A DNA stretch of 64,000 nt from an uncultured virus (IMG/VR IMGVR_UViG_3300025653_003319) (IMGVR_UViG_3300025653_003319), one strand, 5' to 3'. Counted from the first letter of the stretch, positions 20,793 to 31,026 are shown. Translations and numbers: made by a program. The notes: generated from the sequence alone by a model not told the origin.

Positions 20793-21053
20793 ATGAGTCT
20801 GACTATAGAAAAGGTATATTTATTTGACATGCAATGGACAGATGATGCTGACTATGAGCACATCTTTGAAGATAGGTTGCATGACACAATGATTCCTTTC
20901 TTTGCATTTGGTGAAGAAGCAACCTTTTCTAAAGAAGTAGACTTTGAAAGCAGTTATAAACCAGTTGCAAAAGTATATGCAAAGTTTATAACAGAGGCAA
21001 GCAAATATAAATTTATGTTAAAATATTCGGACAAATTAAATGAGTTACGTTGA
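20793..21053 (+). CDS. hypothetical protein
   Basis: 86-aa ORF overlapping the polymerase start. Confidence 0.65.
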   Translation: MSLTIEKVYLFDMQWTDDADYEHIFEDRLHDTMIPFFAFGEEATFSKEVDFESSYKPVAKVYAKFITEASKYKFMLKYSDKLNELR

Positions 21054-23745
21054 CGCAGTTTTTGAACAGAACAAAGGCATAGTAAGAGTAGTCGAGCGAA
21101 CAAAAGAAGGCGAACGTAAGATCATTGATCACCCTATGCGGTACTACTTTTATGTAGATGATCCAAAAGGCAAACAGCATAGTGTATTCGGTGACCCAGT
21201 TAGCAAGATTACAGCAAACAACTGGAAAGACTTTAAACGCAATGTAGCACTATATCAAAACAAACAAACATACGAAAGCGACCTAAAGCCTGTTAATAGA
21301 GTATTAGCAGATCATTACTTGGGTGTTGATGCACCAGACTTACACAAATGCTTTTTTGATATTGAGGTAGACTTTGACCCTGAAAGAGGTTATAGTTCTC
21401 CTGAAGATGCATTTATGCCTATCACTAGTATCAGTGTTTACTTAGACTGGATGGATAAAATAGTATGTTTAGCAGTTCCACCTAAAACACTTAATTGGGA
21501 ACAAGCACAAAAGATTGCAGATAATGTAGGCGATACAATACTATTTGGTGGCGAGAAAGCAATGTTAGATGCTTTCCTTAGCCTCATTGATGATGCTGAT
21601 ATACTAAGTGGTTGGAACAGTGAAGGTTATGATATTCCTTATACCGTAAACAGAATTATCAAAGTACTAGGTAAAAGCGAAACAAGGCGTCTGTGTTTAC
21701 TTGATAAGAATATTGTTAAAAGAGAATACATCAATCACGGTAGAGAAACACAAACATATGATCTAGTAGGTCGTGTGCATTTAGACTATATGCAACTGTA
21801 TAGAAAATACAACTACGAAGAACGCCATAGTTATAGACTAGACTACATTGGCGAAATGGAAGTAGGTGAAAAGAAGGTTGTATATGATGGTTCGCTTGAT
21901 AGACTTTACAATCATGACTTTGAATTGTTTTTAGAATACAATATTCAAGACACAATGCTACTTAAAAAGTTAGACGACAAGTTACAATTTATTAGTCTTG
22001 CTAGTGAGATTGCTCATCAGAATACAGTATTACTTCCAGTAACAATGGGAGCGGTACAAACAATTGACTCTGCTATTATCAATGAAGCACACAGACGCGG
22101 TATGGTTATACCAGATAGAAAGCGAAACAAAGATTCTGAGAATCCATGGGGGAATACAGTTGCAGGTGCCTATGTGGCATTTCCTAAGAAAGGTATGCAT
22201 GAATGGATAGGATCAATGGATATAAACAGTCTGTATCCAAGTGTTATTAGAGCACTGAATATGGCTCCTGAAACTATTGTTGGGCAACTAAGACAAGAGT
22301 ACACAGACAAAGAAATTACAGAAAAAATGCAAATTGAGAAGAAGTCATTTGCAGATGCCTGGGCAGGTAAGTTCGGTACAAATGAATATGAAATGGTAAT
22401 GGCTAAAGATATTGATAAGCCACTTATATTAGATTTAGAAGATAAAAGAGAAGTTAGTGTCAAAGGTGCTGATGTATATAACATGCTGTTTAACAGTGAT
22501 GAGCCTTGGTGCATTAGTGCAAATGGTACTATATACAGAACAGATGTACAAGGTATTATACCAGGACTATTGGAGAGATGGTATGCAGAAAGACAAGAGT
22601 TACAGGCTAAAAAGAAAAAAGCAACAACGCCAGAAGACATAGCATTTTGGGATAAGCGACAGTTAGTCAGAAAGATTCTACTTAACAGTACATATGGTGC
22701 TATTTGTAATCCAGGTAGTAGGTTCTTTGACCACAGGATAGGTCAAAGTACTACACTTACTGGTCGTGCAATCACTAGACACATGGGAGCAGAGACAAAC
22801 AAAATGCTCACAGGCGAGTATGATCATACTGGAGATACAATAGTATATGGTGATACTGACTCAGTGTATTTTAGTGCTCATGAGATTAGTAAAAAGCAAG
22901 ACATTGAATTAGACATGGATAGTGCAATTAAATTATATGATACTATATCAGATACCGTTAGTGATTCTTTCCCTTTATTTGCAAAAAATTCATTTAACAT
23001 TTCAACTAGCCAAGGTAATATACTTAAAGCCGGCAGAGAAGTAGTTGGTAGAGCCGGCATCTTTATTACAAAGAAAAGATATGCTATTAATGTATTAGAT
23101 TTAGAAGGGTATCAACCCGAAGGTGGTAAACTTAAAGTAATGGGGTTAGACCTTAAGAGGTCAGATACTCCAGAGTTTGTGCAAGACTTTTTATCAGACA
23201 TATTAGGGCAAACACTAAATGGCGATGGTGAAACAAAGGTTTTAGCAAATGTTAGAGAGTTTAAGAAAGAGTTTAAAGCAATGGACCCTTGGCGTAAAGG
23301 TATGCCAAAACGTGTAAACAACTTAACATACTACACAGAAGCATATAATAAAGCATTTAGTATGAACAAAAGTGCTAGTTTATACAAGTTAGAAAAACTC
23401 AAAGACGAAAAGAAAATAATGATCCCCGGGCATGTTAGAGCAAGTATTAATTGGAATAATATGCTAAAAGCAAATAGCGATCAATACAGTATGCAAATAA
23501 CAGATGGTATGAAAGTTATTGTATGCAGGCTTAAAAGTAATGCTATGGGATATACTAGTATTGCATATCCAACAGATGAAATGCATATACCAGAATGGTT
23601 TAAACAACTACCCTTTGATGAAGATTCAATGGAAGAAGCAGTTGTTGATAAGAAAGTAGAAAACTTATTGAATGTACTTAAATGGGATTTGTCAGCAACA
23701 GATACCAGCAATACATTCCATAGTTTATTTAATTTTAATGATTAA
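21040..23745 (+). CDS. DNA polymerase, family B (T4 gp43-like) with 3'-5' exonuclease
   Basis: ExoI FFDIEVD, ExoII GWNSEGYD, motif A SMDINSLYPS, motif B KILLNSTYG, motif C YGDTDS. Confidence 0.96.
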   Translation: MSYVDAVFEQNKGIVRVVERTKEGERKIIDHPMRYYFYVDDPKGKQHSVFGDPVSKITANNWKDFKRNVALYQNKQTYESDLKPVNRVLADHYLGVDAPDLHKCFFDIEVDFDPERGYSSPEDAFMPITSISVYLDWMDKIVCLAVPPKTLNWEQAQKIADNVGDTILFGGEKAMLDAFLSLIDDADILSGWNSEGYDIPYTVNRIIKVLGKSETRRLCLLDKNIVKREYINHGRETQTYDLVGRVHLDYMQLYRKYNYEERHSYRLDYIGEMEVGEKKVVYDGSLDRLYNHDFELFLEYNIQDTMLLKKLDDKLQFISLASEIAHQNTVLLPVTMGAVQTIDSAIINEAHRRGMVIPDRKRNKDSENPWGNTVAGAYVAFPKKGMHEWIGSMDINSLYPSVIRALNMAPETIVGQLRQEYTDKEITEKMQIEKKSFADAWAGKFGTNEYEMVMAKDIDKPLILDLEDKREVSVKGADVYNMLFNSDEPWCISANGTIYRTDVQGIIPGLLERWYAERQELQAKKKKATTPEDIAFWDKRQLVRKILLNSTYGAICNPGSRFFDHRIGQSTTLTGRAITRHMGAETNKMLTGEYDHTGDTIVYGDTDSVYFSAHEISKKQDIELDMDSAIKLYDTISDTVSDSFPLFAKNSFNISTSQGNILKAGREVVGRAGIFITKKRYAINVLDLEGYQPEGGKLKVMGLDLKRSDTPEFVQDFLSDILGQTLNGDGETKVLANVREFKKEFKAMDPWRKGMPKRVNNLTYYTEAYNKAFSMNKSASLYKLEKLKDEKKIMIPGHVRASINWNNMLKANSDQYSMQITDGMKVIVCRLKSNAMGYTSIAYPTDEMHIPEWFKQLPFDEDSMEEAVVDKKVENLLNVLKWDLSATDTSNTFHSLFNFND

Positions 23746-23835
23746 CTTGGTCGTTAGGTATCAAACGGCCAGGATTTATAAACTTTTTAGGTGTAAAGGC
23801 CTAAATAATAACTTTAATGTAAGAGGTGACAACAT

Positions 23836-24579
23836 ATGATAAAAGATATATTTAAAGACATTCTAAGGCACACCCACGCCTTAGGCTTTATTGAACAGGT
23901 TAAAATTAGTGGTACTGCTGAAAGTACAACTATAGAGGCCATGGATGCAGACAAAACTGTTATCCTGCAAGGTAAACTACACAATCCTGTAGCAGACTTT
24001 GTAGACCAAACAGTAGGTCTTAGTAGAATGAGTGTACTAGATGGATACTTAAAGTTTCCAGGATTTGTAGATGAAGGTTCTACTGTAAATGTAGAAACAC
24101 AAAGCAGGAATGGAGACGATATTCCTGTACAGATTAGTTTCACAAGTGCAGAAGGACACACAGGTAGTTATAGATTTATGTTAGCAGATGTTATTAATCA
24201 GCAACTAAAATCTGTTACAATGAAAGAGATACCATGGGACGTTACTATTACACCGTCACAGAAGAACTTAAAAGACTTAGGTTACTTCAATGGTGTGTTA
24301 GGTGGCTTTGAACCAGTGTTTTCTCCAAGTACAGAAGATGGTGCTTTATATTTTAGCATTGGTGAAGGTGCCGGTGATAAAGGTAAACTTCCTATTAATA
24401 ATAATGTCGAAGGCGAACTGTCTGGCAACTGGAAATGGGAAATAGACAAAGCATTAAGTATTCTAAGACTAAGCGATAGTGCAAATTGTACTGTTAGTTT
24501 TGCTAACGCAGGAGCAATGCAAATTGTGATTGACAGTGGCTTAGGCGAATACAAATATATATTACCTGCTAAGAGTTAA
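23836..24579 (+). CDS. sliding-clamp-like protein (gp45/PCNA-like)
   Basis: 247 aa, acidic, directly after polB; alternating beta/alpha pattern ending YKYILPA. Confidence 0.6.
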   Translation: MIKDIFKDILRHTHALGFIEQVKISGTAESTTIEAMDADKTVILQGKLHNPVADFVDQTVGLSRMSVLDGYLKFPGFVDEGSTVNVETQSRNGDDIPVQISFTSAEGHTGSYRFMLADVINQQLKSVTMKEIPWDVTITPSQKNLKDLGYFNGVLGGFEPVFSPSTEDGALYFSIGEGAGDKGKLPINNNVEGELSGNWKWEIDKALSILRLSDSANCTVSFANAGAMQIVIDSGLGEYKYILPAKS

Positions 24580-24581
24580 AC

Positions 24582-26123
24582 ATGACAGAAGATTTAGGAA
24601 AGAAGCACCAGGATTGGGCAGTTTACCTGCCCGCCATTAGTGGGTTCTATGTAACGCAATTACAGAAAATGGATGCTAATCCAAGTGAATGGAGATGCCC
24701 TGAAGGCTTTGAAAAAGGCACACAAGGTATGAACTTCCTTGATCCTGAGAACAGTTATTATCATTACCCATGGGGTCTTTACTCAGGTGGACATGCTCAC
24801 TTAGATCCTGTTAAAAGCGATGAACGTGAGCCAATGATACAAGGTAGAGATCGTAGTAAAACTATGATACTAGGAGACTCAGGTGGTTTCCAACTTGCCA
24901 CAGGTGTTATTAAAATGGACTGGAGCAATGCTAAAGATCCTAATGATCCTGTAAGAACAGCATTTTGTAATAAGATACTTACATGGTTAGAGCATACAGC
25001 AGACTGGAGTATGACATTAGATGTTCCTGCTTTTGCGGCAGTTGGTAAACTAAGCGAAAGGACAGGACTTACAGAATTTCAAGACACACTAGATATCAGT
25101 CTACTTAATTTAGACTATTTTATGAGGAACAGAACACCAGGTGCTACTAAGTTTTTAAATGTGTTAAGTGGTAGTAACGAAGAGAATAGCAAAATATGGT
25201 ATGATGCAGTAAAGCATTTTTCCAATAAAAGTTTTGTGCAAGAAGCATACGGTGATGAGAATAGAACCTTAGAGGGTTACGCATTCGCTGGTATCAATAT
25301 GAAGCACATGTATAGTGTGCTAAGTAGATTGTTGGATCTTAGAGAAGACGGTTTACTTGAAGGCAAGGATTGGATACACTTCTTAGGTACTGGACGCCTT
25401 AATTGGGCATGTCACCTCACTAGTATCCAAAGACAGTTGAGAAAGCACGACAATCCTAATATAACACTTTCATTTGATGCGGCATCGCCTTTTGTTAATA
25501 CAGCATATGGCCAGACTTACACACATAATGAGTACAGAGCCAAGCGATTTGGATACTTTATGGATAGAGCATTCGATAACAAAGACATGAAAGGATCAAA
25601 GATGCCTATGCCTTTTGCACATTCCCCTATAATGAGTAGACTAACTGTTGGTGATATCTGTGTTTTAGGACATGGAGATACAAACAGGAATGGTAAAGAA
25701 TGCACAACTAGTTGGGACACACTAAGTTATGCTCTTTACATGGGTCATAGTGTTTATAATCATATTACAGCAACGCAAGAAGCAAATAGACTTGCTGATA
25801 TGGAAAAATATAGAACACCTACACATTGGAAGAACTGGAAGAAGGTAAAAGGTAGTAGTGTAAGCAATGAAACTTCACCTTATGTACCTGGTACTATTTT
25901 AATGTTTGATAGTTTTGCAGAAGAAGTGTTAGATCCTAATAACACAAATGCAAGGCAAATGTTAGAAGATAACAAAGAGTTTTTAAAAGAGATTAGTTTC
26001 TCAGATGGTAGTGCGGAACAATCTACATTTGGTGCTTTATTTGAAACTGACGAATACGAGTCAGGTGACAGTGAAGCAGATATGCAAGAAGACATAATGA
26101 GGGCAGATTTCGATGGCGAATAA
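24582..26123 (+). CDS. tRNA-guanine-transglycosylase-like (DpdA-like) base-exchange enzyme
   Basis: ILGDSGGFQ, TLDVP, WIHFLG and SFDAASP match the catalytic segments of the TGT fold; FolE, QueD and QueE genes nearby. Confidence 0.75.
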   Translation: MTEDLGKKHQDWAVYLPAISGFYVTQLQKMDANPSEWRCPEGFEKGTQGMNFLDPENSYYHYPWGLYSGGHAHLDPVKSDEREPMIQGRDRSKTMILGDSGGFQLATGVIKMDWSNAKDPNDPVRTAFCNKILTWLEHTADWSMTLDVPAFAAVGKLSERTGLTEFQDTLDISLLNLDYFMRNRTPGATKFLNVLSGSNEENSKIWYDAVKHFSNKSFVQEAYGDENRTLEGYAFAGINMKHMYSVLSRLLDLREDGLLEGKDWIHFLGTGRLNWACHLTSIQRQLRKHDNPNITLSFDAASPFVNTAYGQTYTHNEYRAKRFGYFMDRAFDNKDMKGSKMPMPFAHSPIMSRLTVGDICVLGHGDTNRNGKECTTSWDTLSYALYMGHSVYNHITATQEANRLADMEKYRTPTHWKNWKKVKGSSVSNETSPYVPGTILMFDSFAEEVLDPNNTNARQMLEDNKEFLKEISFSDGSAEQSTFGALFETDEYESGDSEADMQEDIMRADFDGE

Positions 26124-26307
26124 AGCATACAGTGGCACATACACATACGAAGGACATGATGTACAATTTCATATACTAGAGAATGGTGCTGAAATGGAAA
26201 TACTAGAGACTAAAGATGGTAAAACTACACCTACTAAAGTTGTAAACATTGATGAAGGTGCAGATTATCAAGATCAATTAATTAAGTGGGGTTATACGAG
26301 TTACTAA
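26113..26307 (+). CDS. hypothetical protein
   Basis: 64-aa ORF overlapping its neighbours. Confidence 0.6.
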   Translation: MANKAYSGTYTYEGHDVQFHILENGAEMEILETKDGKTTPTKVVNIDEGADYQDQLIKWGYTSY

Positions 26308-26813
26308 TGAATAGAGAAGGTCACGAGGATACAAAGTTTTTTATAGGCACTGAAGTAGAGCATACGCCTGCTTATAGTCAAAAGACTTTGTTTGTAGTTG
26401 GGTATCAACCAAAAGAGGAAATACTTGCTAGGGCACTTAATAGCGGTTGTCCGCACATTTATCTAGGTGCTAACCAAAGTTTTAATCCACCAACTGAAAA
26501 AGATTGGCAGGGGTGGGACAAACTAGTTACAAGTCTTTTAAAAGATGATATTTGGATTACACTAGACTTTGATGTAACTTTAGCAGAACAAGTATTAGAA
26601 TGTGGTTGGACTGAGTATAGTACATTTATACCAATGATAAGTGTTAAGTTGCCTTACATTAATCAATTCAATTACAATGCGACACTCAAACTAGATGACA
26701 AAGACTTTAAAGCAACTAATCCAGGAGTGTGGTGTCATAGTTTACATGAACTACAAGACAGGAAGGCTTTCACAGACTGGACCAAATATACCAAAGACGA
26801 GGTGATAGATTGA
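26307..26813 (+). CDS. hypothetical protein linked to the TGT-like gene
   Basis: FFIGTEVEHTPAY...HIYLGANQSF...TNPGVWCH; start probably the ATG at 26307 (TAATG coupling) rather than GTG 26286. Confidence 0.7.
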   Translation: MNREGHEDTKFFIGTEVEHTPAYSQKTLFVVGYQPKEEILARALNSGCPHIYLGANQSFNPPTEKDWQGWDKLVTSLLKDDIWITLDFDVTLAEQVLECGWTEYSTFIPMISVKLPYINQFNYNATLKLDDKDFKATNPGVWCHSLHELQDRKAFTDWTKYTKDEVID

Positions 26814-26815
26814 GG

Positions 26816-26844
26816 TTGACATTGGCCACAAAATATGATATAAT
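26816..26844 (+). promoter_or_regulatory. sigma70-type promoter
   Basis: TTGACA-17-TATAAT upstream of the glycosyltransferase. Confidence 0.8.
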
Positions 26845-26864
26845 TAACATTATGGAGAATCTAT

Positions 26865-28088
26865 ATGAGTGATGGAGTTTATGATATAAACATGCGTAAA
26901 CTGTTCTACATGGGACTAGAGTCTTATGAAGCAAGGTATACATTACAATTACAAGAATGGAACGAGCGTGTTTTTAAAGAGCATGGCATTGATTATGAAA
27001 TTATCGAAGGCGAAGAATTAGATAACAGCAAAGCAATCGTTACAGGTAGTGTGTTAGACGCACATGGTAGAAGTTATTACAGTCTAAGTCAAACAATGAA
27101 CTTAGTACAGAAAATGAAGAACGGTGAAATTACTAGCGATGATGTTATCTTTTATGAAGATATGTTTACACCAGGCTTAGAATGTTTGCCTTACATAATG
27201 GATCAATCTCCACCTGAATACAGACCTAAAGTATTCTTAAGATTCTTAGCACAAACAACAGACCCAGATGACTTCCTTATTAGAGAAGGCATGTTTGATT
27301 GGATGCGTAGATACGAGCAAATGGTAGATGAATTTGTTACAGGTATATGTGTAGCAAGTGAAGAATTTGTTGCACACTTAAGAACAGCAGGATTTAAAAA
27401 GCCTATATATGTAACAGGTTTGCCGTTTGGTAAAAGCGAAGTACAAGAGCGGGTTCCTAATCCTAAGCCATTGAAAGAAAGAACAAAGAGAGTTGGTTTT
27501 GCGGCACGTTGGGATGATGAGAAGCAACCACACTTTTATATGGACTTAGCAGAAGCCTATTACAAAATAGATCCTGAAGTTGAGTTTGCTATATTTTGTG
27601 GACACCCAGAACTAAAAAGTTCAGATCAAGAGTATGTTGATAGAGCATTAGAATTACAAGCAGGCAATACTGCTAACTTTAAGATCTACACAGGCTTAAA
27701 GAAAAACGATTACTATAACTTACTAGCAGACAGTCAAGTATTATTTAATTGTGCCTTGCAAGACTGGGTAAGCAATACAGTAAGCGAAGCAGATACATTA
27801 GGTACACTTACATTATATCCAGCATATAGAAGTTTCCCAGAAGTGTTTGCTAACAATGGCAGACACTTGTACGTTCCTTGGAGCATGGAAGACTGTATTA
27901 GTAAACTGTCTAATATGTTTGATGATATTAATACAGATAACCTAAGCGAATATAGTTTAGGTAAGATAAGCGATTATCAAAATGGTACAATAGAAAGAAC
28001 ACTTAAAGTAATATCTGGTTTAGGTCTAGAGCAACAAAGAGACAGACAGCATTACAGAAGACAAGTAGCAAAGGCAAAATATGATTGA
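26865..28088 (+). CDS. GT-B fold glycosyltransferase (GT4-like)
   Basis: VGFAARWDDEKQP and FNCALQDWVSNTVSEA...YRSFPEV resemble the GT4 R...K and E-x7-E regions. Confidence 0.75.
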   Translation: MSDGVYDINMRKLFYMGLESYEARYTLQLQEWNERVFKEHGIDYEIIEGEELDNSKAIVTGSVLDAHGRSYYSLSQTMNLVQKMKNGEITSDDVIFYEDMFTPGLECLPYIMDQSPPEYRPKVFLRFLAQTTDPDDFLIREGMFDWMRRYEQMVDEFVTGICVASEEFVAHLRTAGFKKPIYVTGLPFGKSEVQERVPNPKPLKERTKRVGFAARWDDEKQPHFYMDLAEAYYKIDPEVEFAIFCGHPELKSSDQEYVDRALELQAGNTANFKIYTGLKKNDYYNLLADSQVLFNCALQDWVSNTVSEADTLGTLTLYPAYRSFPEVFANNGRHLYVPWSMEDCISKLSNMFDDINTDNLSEYSLGKISDYQNGTIERTLKVISGLGLEQQRDRQHYRRQVAKAKYD

Positions 28089-28281
28089 GATTATCCAGAT
28101 AGCATTTGGTATAGTATTTCTTTGCTTCATGGCATATGGCTGTTGGATTAGTAGTGTTATGTTAAGTGAAAGAAGTATTCTAAGAAAGTATACTGGCGAA
28201 TATTATGACTTTGATATAGATGAAAAATTAAAAGAAATGGGTACTACTAGACAAGAAGTATTAAGAAGGGATTCACAATGA
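28081..28281 (+). CDS. small membrane protein
   Basis: 66 aa with an N-terminal TM helix. Confidence 0.6.
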   Translation: MIEIIQIAFGIVFLCFMAYGCWISSVMLSERSILRKYTGEYYDFDIDEKLKEMGTTRQEVLRRDSQ

Positions 28282-28940
28282 GTAACATTAAAAAGGCTGT
28301 ATTATTTTTTATTTTAGCAATAGGATTATTGCTGATAACGTTACCAGCAAATGCAACAGGCAATGCCAAGTTTGGTTGGACACAGATTAATAGTGATACA
28401 ACTACATTAAAATTCAGTGTAGATCACGAGTGGGATAATCCTATTATTGACTATGTAGTTGAAACTGACTATGTTTACAAAGAACAAGAAGATGTAGTTA
28501 AAATGGATAAGTTTAGCATAATTGGTAAAGCAAATAAAGACATCACATCTAAGTATTATGCATTCAGTGTAACAAGTTATGACAGTGATAAATTAAGAGC
28601 ATCTGGAGATAGAATAGTAACTGGTGGTGGCCTTGGTATAAAAGTTTTTAGAAATGACAATTGGAAAATAAGTCACGAAACGTCAGTTGCATACTTAACT
28701 ACTGATGAAGTGGACGAAGCAATACTTAGAAATAGTTTATGGATATTTTATAAACTAAATGACAGTTTAAATATTACCAACAAACTACTTAATGAAACTG
28801 GAACAGATACATATTTGCGTAATGAAACAGCAATCAATTACAGTTTAAATGATAAAGTGTCGCTGGGATTTAGTAATACATACACTGAAGACCCGGTTAA
28901 CAATAATGTATTAAGTGTTACAATAGGTGTTAAGTGGTAA
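28278..28940 (+). CDS. outer-membrane beta-barrel protein (DUF481/YdiY-like)
   Basis: Sec signal ending ANA; amphipathic beta strands; GGGLG; C-terminal aromatic residue (SVTIGVKW). Confidence 0.75.
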   Translation: MSNIKKAVLFFILAIGLLLITLPANATGNAKFGWTQINSDTTTLKFSVDHEWDNPIIDYVVETDYVYKEQEDVVKMDKFSIIGKANKDITSKYYAFSVTSYDSDKLRASGDRIVTGGGLGIKVFRNDNWKISHETSVAYLTTDEVDEAILRNSLWIFYKLNDSLNITNKLLNETGTDTYLRNETAINYSLNDKVSLGFSNTYTEDPVNNNVLSVTIGVKW

Positions 28941-29042
28941 TAATATTAATTAAAGAACATAGTCCAATTGGACATGTAGTTTTGAAGGAAGTACCTTTAG
29001 AATTAAACAACGAAGGTAATACTTCATAACGAGGAAGAAAGA

Positions 29043-29240
29043 ATGGCGACAGGAAAAGTAAAATGGTTTGATACCAGCAAAGGTTTTGGATTTATCACAC
29101 CAGACGATGGCAGTAAAGATGTGTTTGCACATCATACAGCAATACAAGGTGAGGGATATAAATCTCTATCAGAGAACCAAGAAGTAACATTTGATGTTGA
29201 GCAAGGTGCGAAAGGACCACAGGCAACAAATATAGTATAA
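29043..29240 (+). CDS. csp: cold-shock protein (CspA family)
   Basis: [25 protein letters not shown] (RNP1/RNP2)...[10 protein letters not shown]. Confidence 0.96.
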   Translation: MATGKVKWFDTSKGFGFITPDDGSKDVFAHHTAIQGEGYKSLSENQEVTFDVEQGAKGPQATNIV

Positions 29241-29250
29241 GGAGTATTGT

Positions 29251-29688
29251 ATGAGAAGTATTTGGGTAACATTTAGTAAAGAAGGTATACATAAGTATCC
29301 TGCGGCATTAGAAGATCCTAATCTAGCAACTGGCGACGAGTATGACGTTAGTTTTCTAGGTTATCCTCATAGACACACATTCCACTTTAAAGTGTGGATT
29401 GAGGTGTTTCATGATGACAGAGACATTGAATTCATACAATTTAAGAGATGGTTGGAGAATCAGTATAGAGATGCTATTCTTCAACTTGATTTTAAGTCAT
29501 GCGAAATGATAGCAGATGACTTAGCAGAAACGATACAGGACAAATATCCTGGTCGTTACATAAAGATTTCAGTAGCCGAAGATAATGAAAACGGTTGCGA
29601 AATGGAGTATCCATTAGAAGATGTGGATGGTCCATACTTTGGAGATACAGACGCAATAGACGATGTATTTGATAATTTGTTGAAATGA
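29251..29688 (+). CDS. queD: QueD/PTPS-like T-fold protein
   Basis: H...HRH metal ligands, DRDIEF, SCEMIA and VAEDNENG match the 6-carboxytetrahydropterin synthase layout; FolE and QueE nearby. Confidence 0.65.
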   Translation: MRSIWVTFSKEGIHKYPAALEDPNLATGDEYDVSFLGYPHRHTFHFKVWIEVFHDDRDIEFIQFKRWLENQYRDAILQLDFKSCEMIADDLAETIQDKYPGRYIKISVAEDNENGCEMEYPLEDVDGPYFGDTDAIDDVFDNLLK

Positions 29689-30260
29689 ATAGTGTAATTG
29701 GTATTAATGGTTCTATACATCCGCTATACAGCGGTGCTTATATAGAAAGAAATAATCTTGGTATTTTACATTTACCAAAAAATGCTTCTTCGTCAATAAA
29801 ACGTGCATTAAAACCAATTACTAATAAAACCGAAATAATTTTAAAAGATTTTACTATAGATAAATTTTGTGTAATATTAAGAGATCCAGTAGAACGATTT
29901 ATAAGTGCTGTAAATATGTATTTGCACCCTAGAACGATTACATCTAATTATGTAGATATTAGAAAAGAGGATAACAAATATAGTATATTTAAAAGCAACG
30001 ATGCCCACTTTTTTTCGCAAAATACTTTTATTGAGGGTTTAGATAAAAGTAAAATTGATTTCTTTTGGCTAAACAATAATATAATCAATGATTTAAATGA
30101 TTTTTATGATTTAAATATGGAGCAAAATTACATAAATCGATTTAGTAAAATAATAAAAAGTGTTGACATTGACATTATCAAAGATGTCTATGTAAAAGAT
30201 TATGAGTTAATTGATTCTGTTAAGTTTGTTAATAAGGTAGACAATGGAAACATCAATTGA
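29685..30260 (+). CDS. sulfotransferase-family-2-like protein
   Basis: HLPKNASSS (5'-PSB), LRDPVERFISA (3'-PB), DAHF..Q, Y..DY.L. Confidence 0.7.
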   Translation: MNSVIGINGSIHPLYSGAYIERNNLGILHLPKNASSSIKRALKPITNKTEIILKDFTIDKFCVILRDPVERFISAVNMYLHPRTITSNYVDIRKEDNKYSIFKSNDAHFFSQNTFIEGLDKSKIDFFWLNNNIINDLNDFYDLNMEQNYINRFSKIIKSVDIDIIKDVYVKDYELIDSVKFVNKVDNGNIN

Positions 30261-30834
30261 TAACAAATATACAAATTGTATGCCAGGTGATTGTGTATAC
30301 AACAAAAAAGAGGACATTGCATTCTTGTTAGTACCTAAATGTGCTACAAGTGTAATTAGAGATTTTGAAAAAACAAACAACGACTGGACTAGAATTACAT
30401 TATGGGAAGAAGAAAAATGCCCAAGTAGGTTTATTGTGATATTAAGAGATCCAATAGAAAGATTTATCAGTACTGTTAATATGTATTTAGGTTGGAGAGA
30501 AGTAGAACCTCAGACAAACTATGTTACTTTTAATTTTAGTGATGAAGGATTTTATTTAGAATCTAACGATGCACATTTTAAGCCACAAAAAAGTTTCTTA
30601 ATTGATATGTTTGACATTATAAAAAAATATAATGCCAATCCTATCATAGATTATTTTTATTATAACAAAAATATTTATAATCAAATCAATGATGAATATG
30701 GTTTCAACATTGACGCAACAAAACGTTTGATGCAATCAATAGATATTGTTAATAACGTTAATGAATCAGTAGTTAGGCAGGCATATAGAGCCGATTACGA
30801 TTTAATTAAATCTGTACAATTTAAAAACATATAG
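30244..30834 (+). CDS. sulfotransferase-family-2-like protein (tandem paralog)
   Basis: LVPKCATSV, LRDPIERFIST, SNDAHFKPQ, YRADYDLI; clearly paralogous to 29685-30260. Confidence 0.7.
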   Translation: METSIDNKYTNCMPGDCVYNKKEDIAFLLVPKCATSVIRDFEKTNNDWTRITLWEEEKCPSRFIVILRDPIERFISTVNMYLGWREVEPQTNYVTFNFSDEGFYLESNDAHFKPQKSFLIDMFDIIKKYNANPIIDYFYYNKNIYNQINDEYGFNIDATKRLMQSIDIVNNVNESVVRQAYRADYDLIKSVQFKNI

Positions 30835-30843
30835 GAGATAATT

Positions 30844-31026
30844 ATGACAGAGACACATTTAAAAATCAAAGCACTCTTTGAAGAGTATGTAAGTGAAAAC
30901 GAAAAATTTAAAGAAGGCCAAGGCGTAAAAGCATCGGCAACAAGAGCAAGGAAGGCATTAATGGAAATTACTAAACTAGCGAAAGTTAGAAGAGGTGAGA
31001 TTCAAGACGCAAAAAATAATGCCTAA
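30844..31026 (+). CDS. small basic histone-H1-like (Hc1-family) DNA-binding protein
   Basis: EKF.EG.GVKASATRARKALMEITKLAKVRR; AGGAG SD. Confidence 0.7.
   Translation: MTETHLKIKALFEEYVSENEKFKEGQGVKASATRARKALMEITKLAKVRRGEIQDAKNNA

Noticed and set aside
21040..23745. Possible intein or intron in the DNA polymerase
   Set aside because: 901 aa with contiguous motifs and no splicing or homing-endonuclease signature.
23747..23772. Imperfect hairpin after polB (TTGGTCGTT...AACGGCCAG)
   Set aside because: Weak stem with G-U pairs and no adjacent U-tract; not enough to call a terminator.
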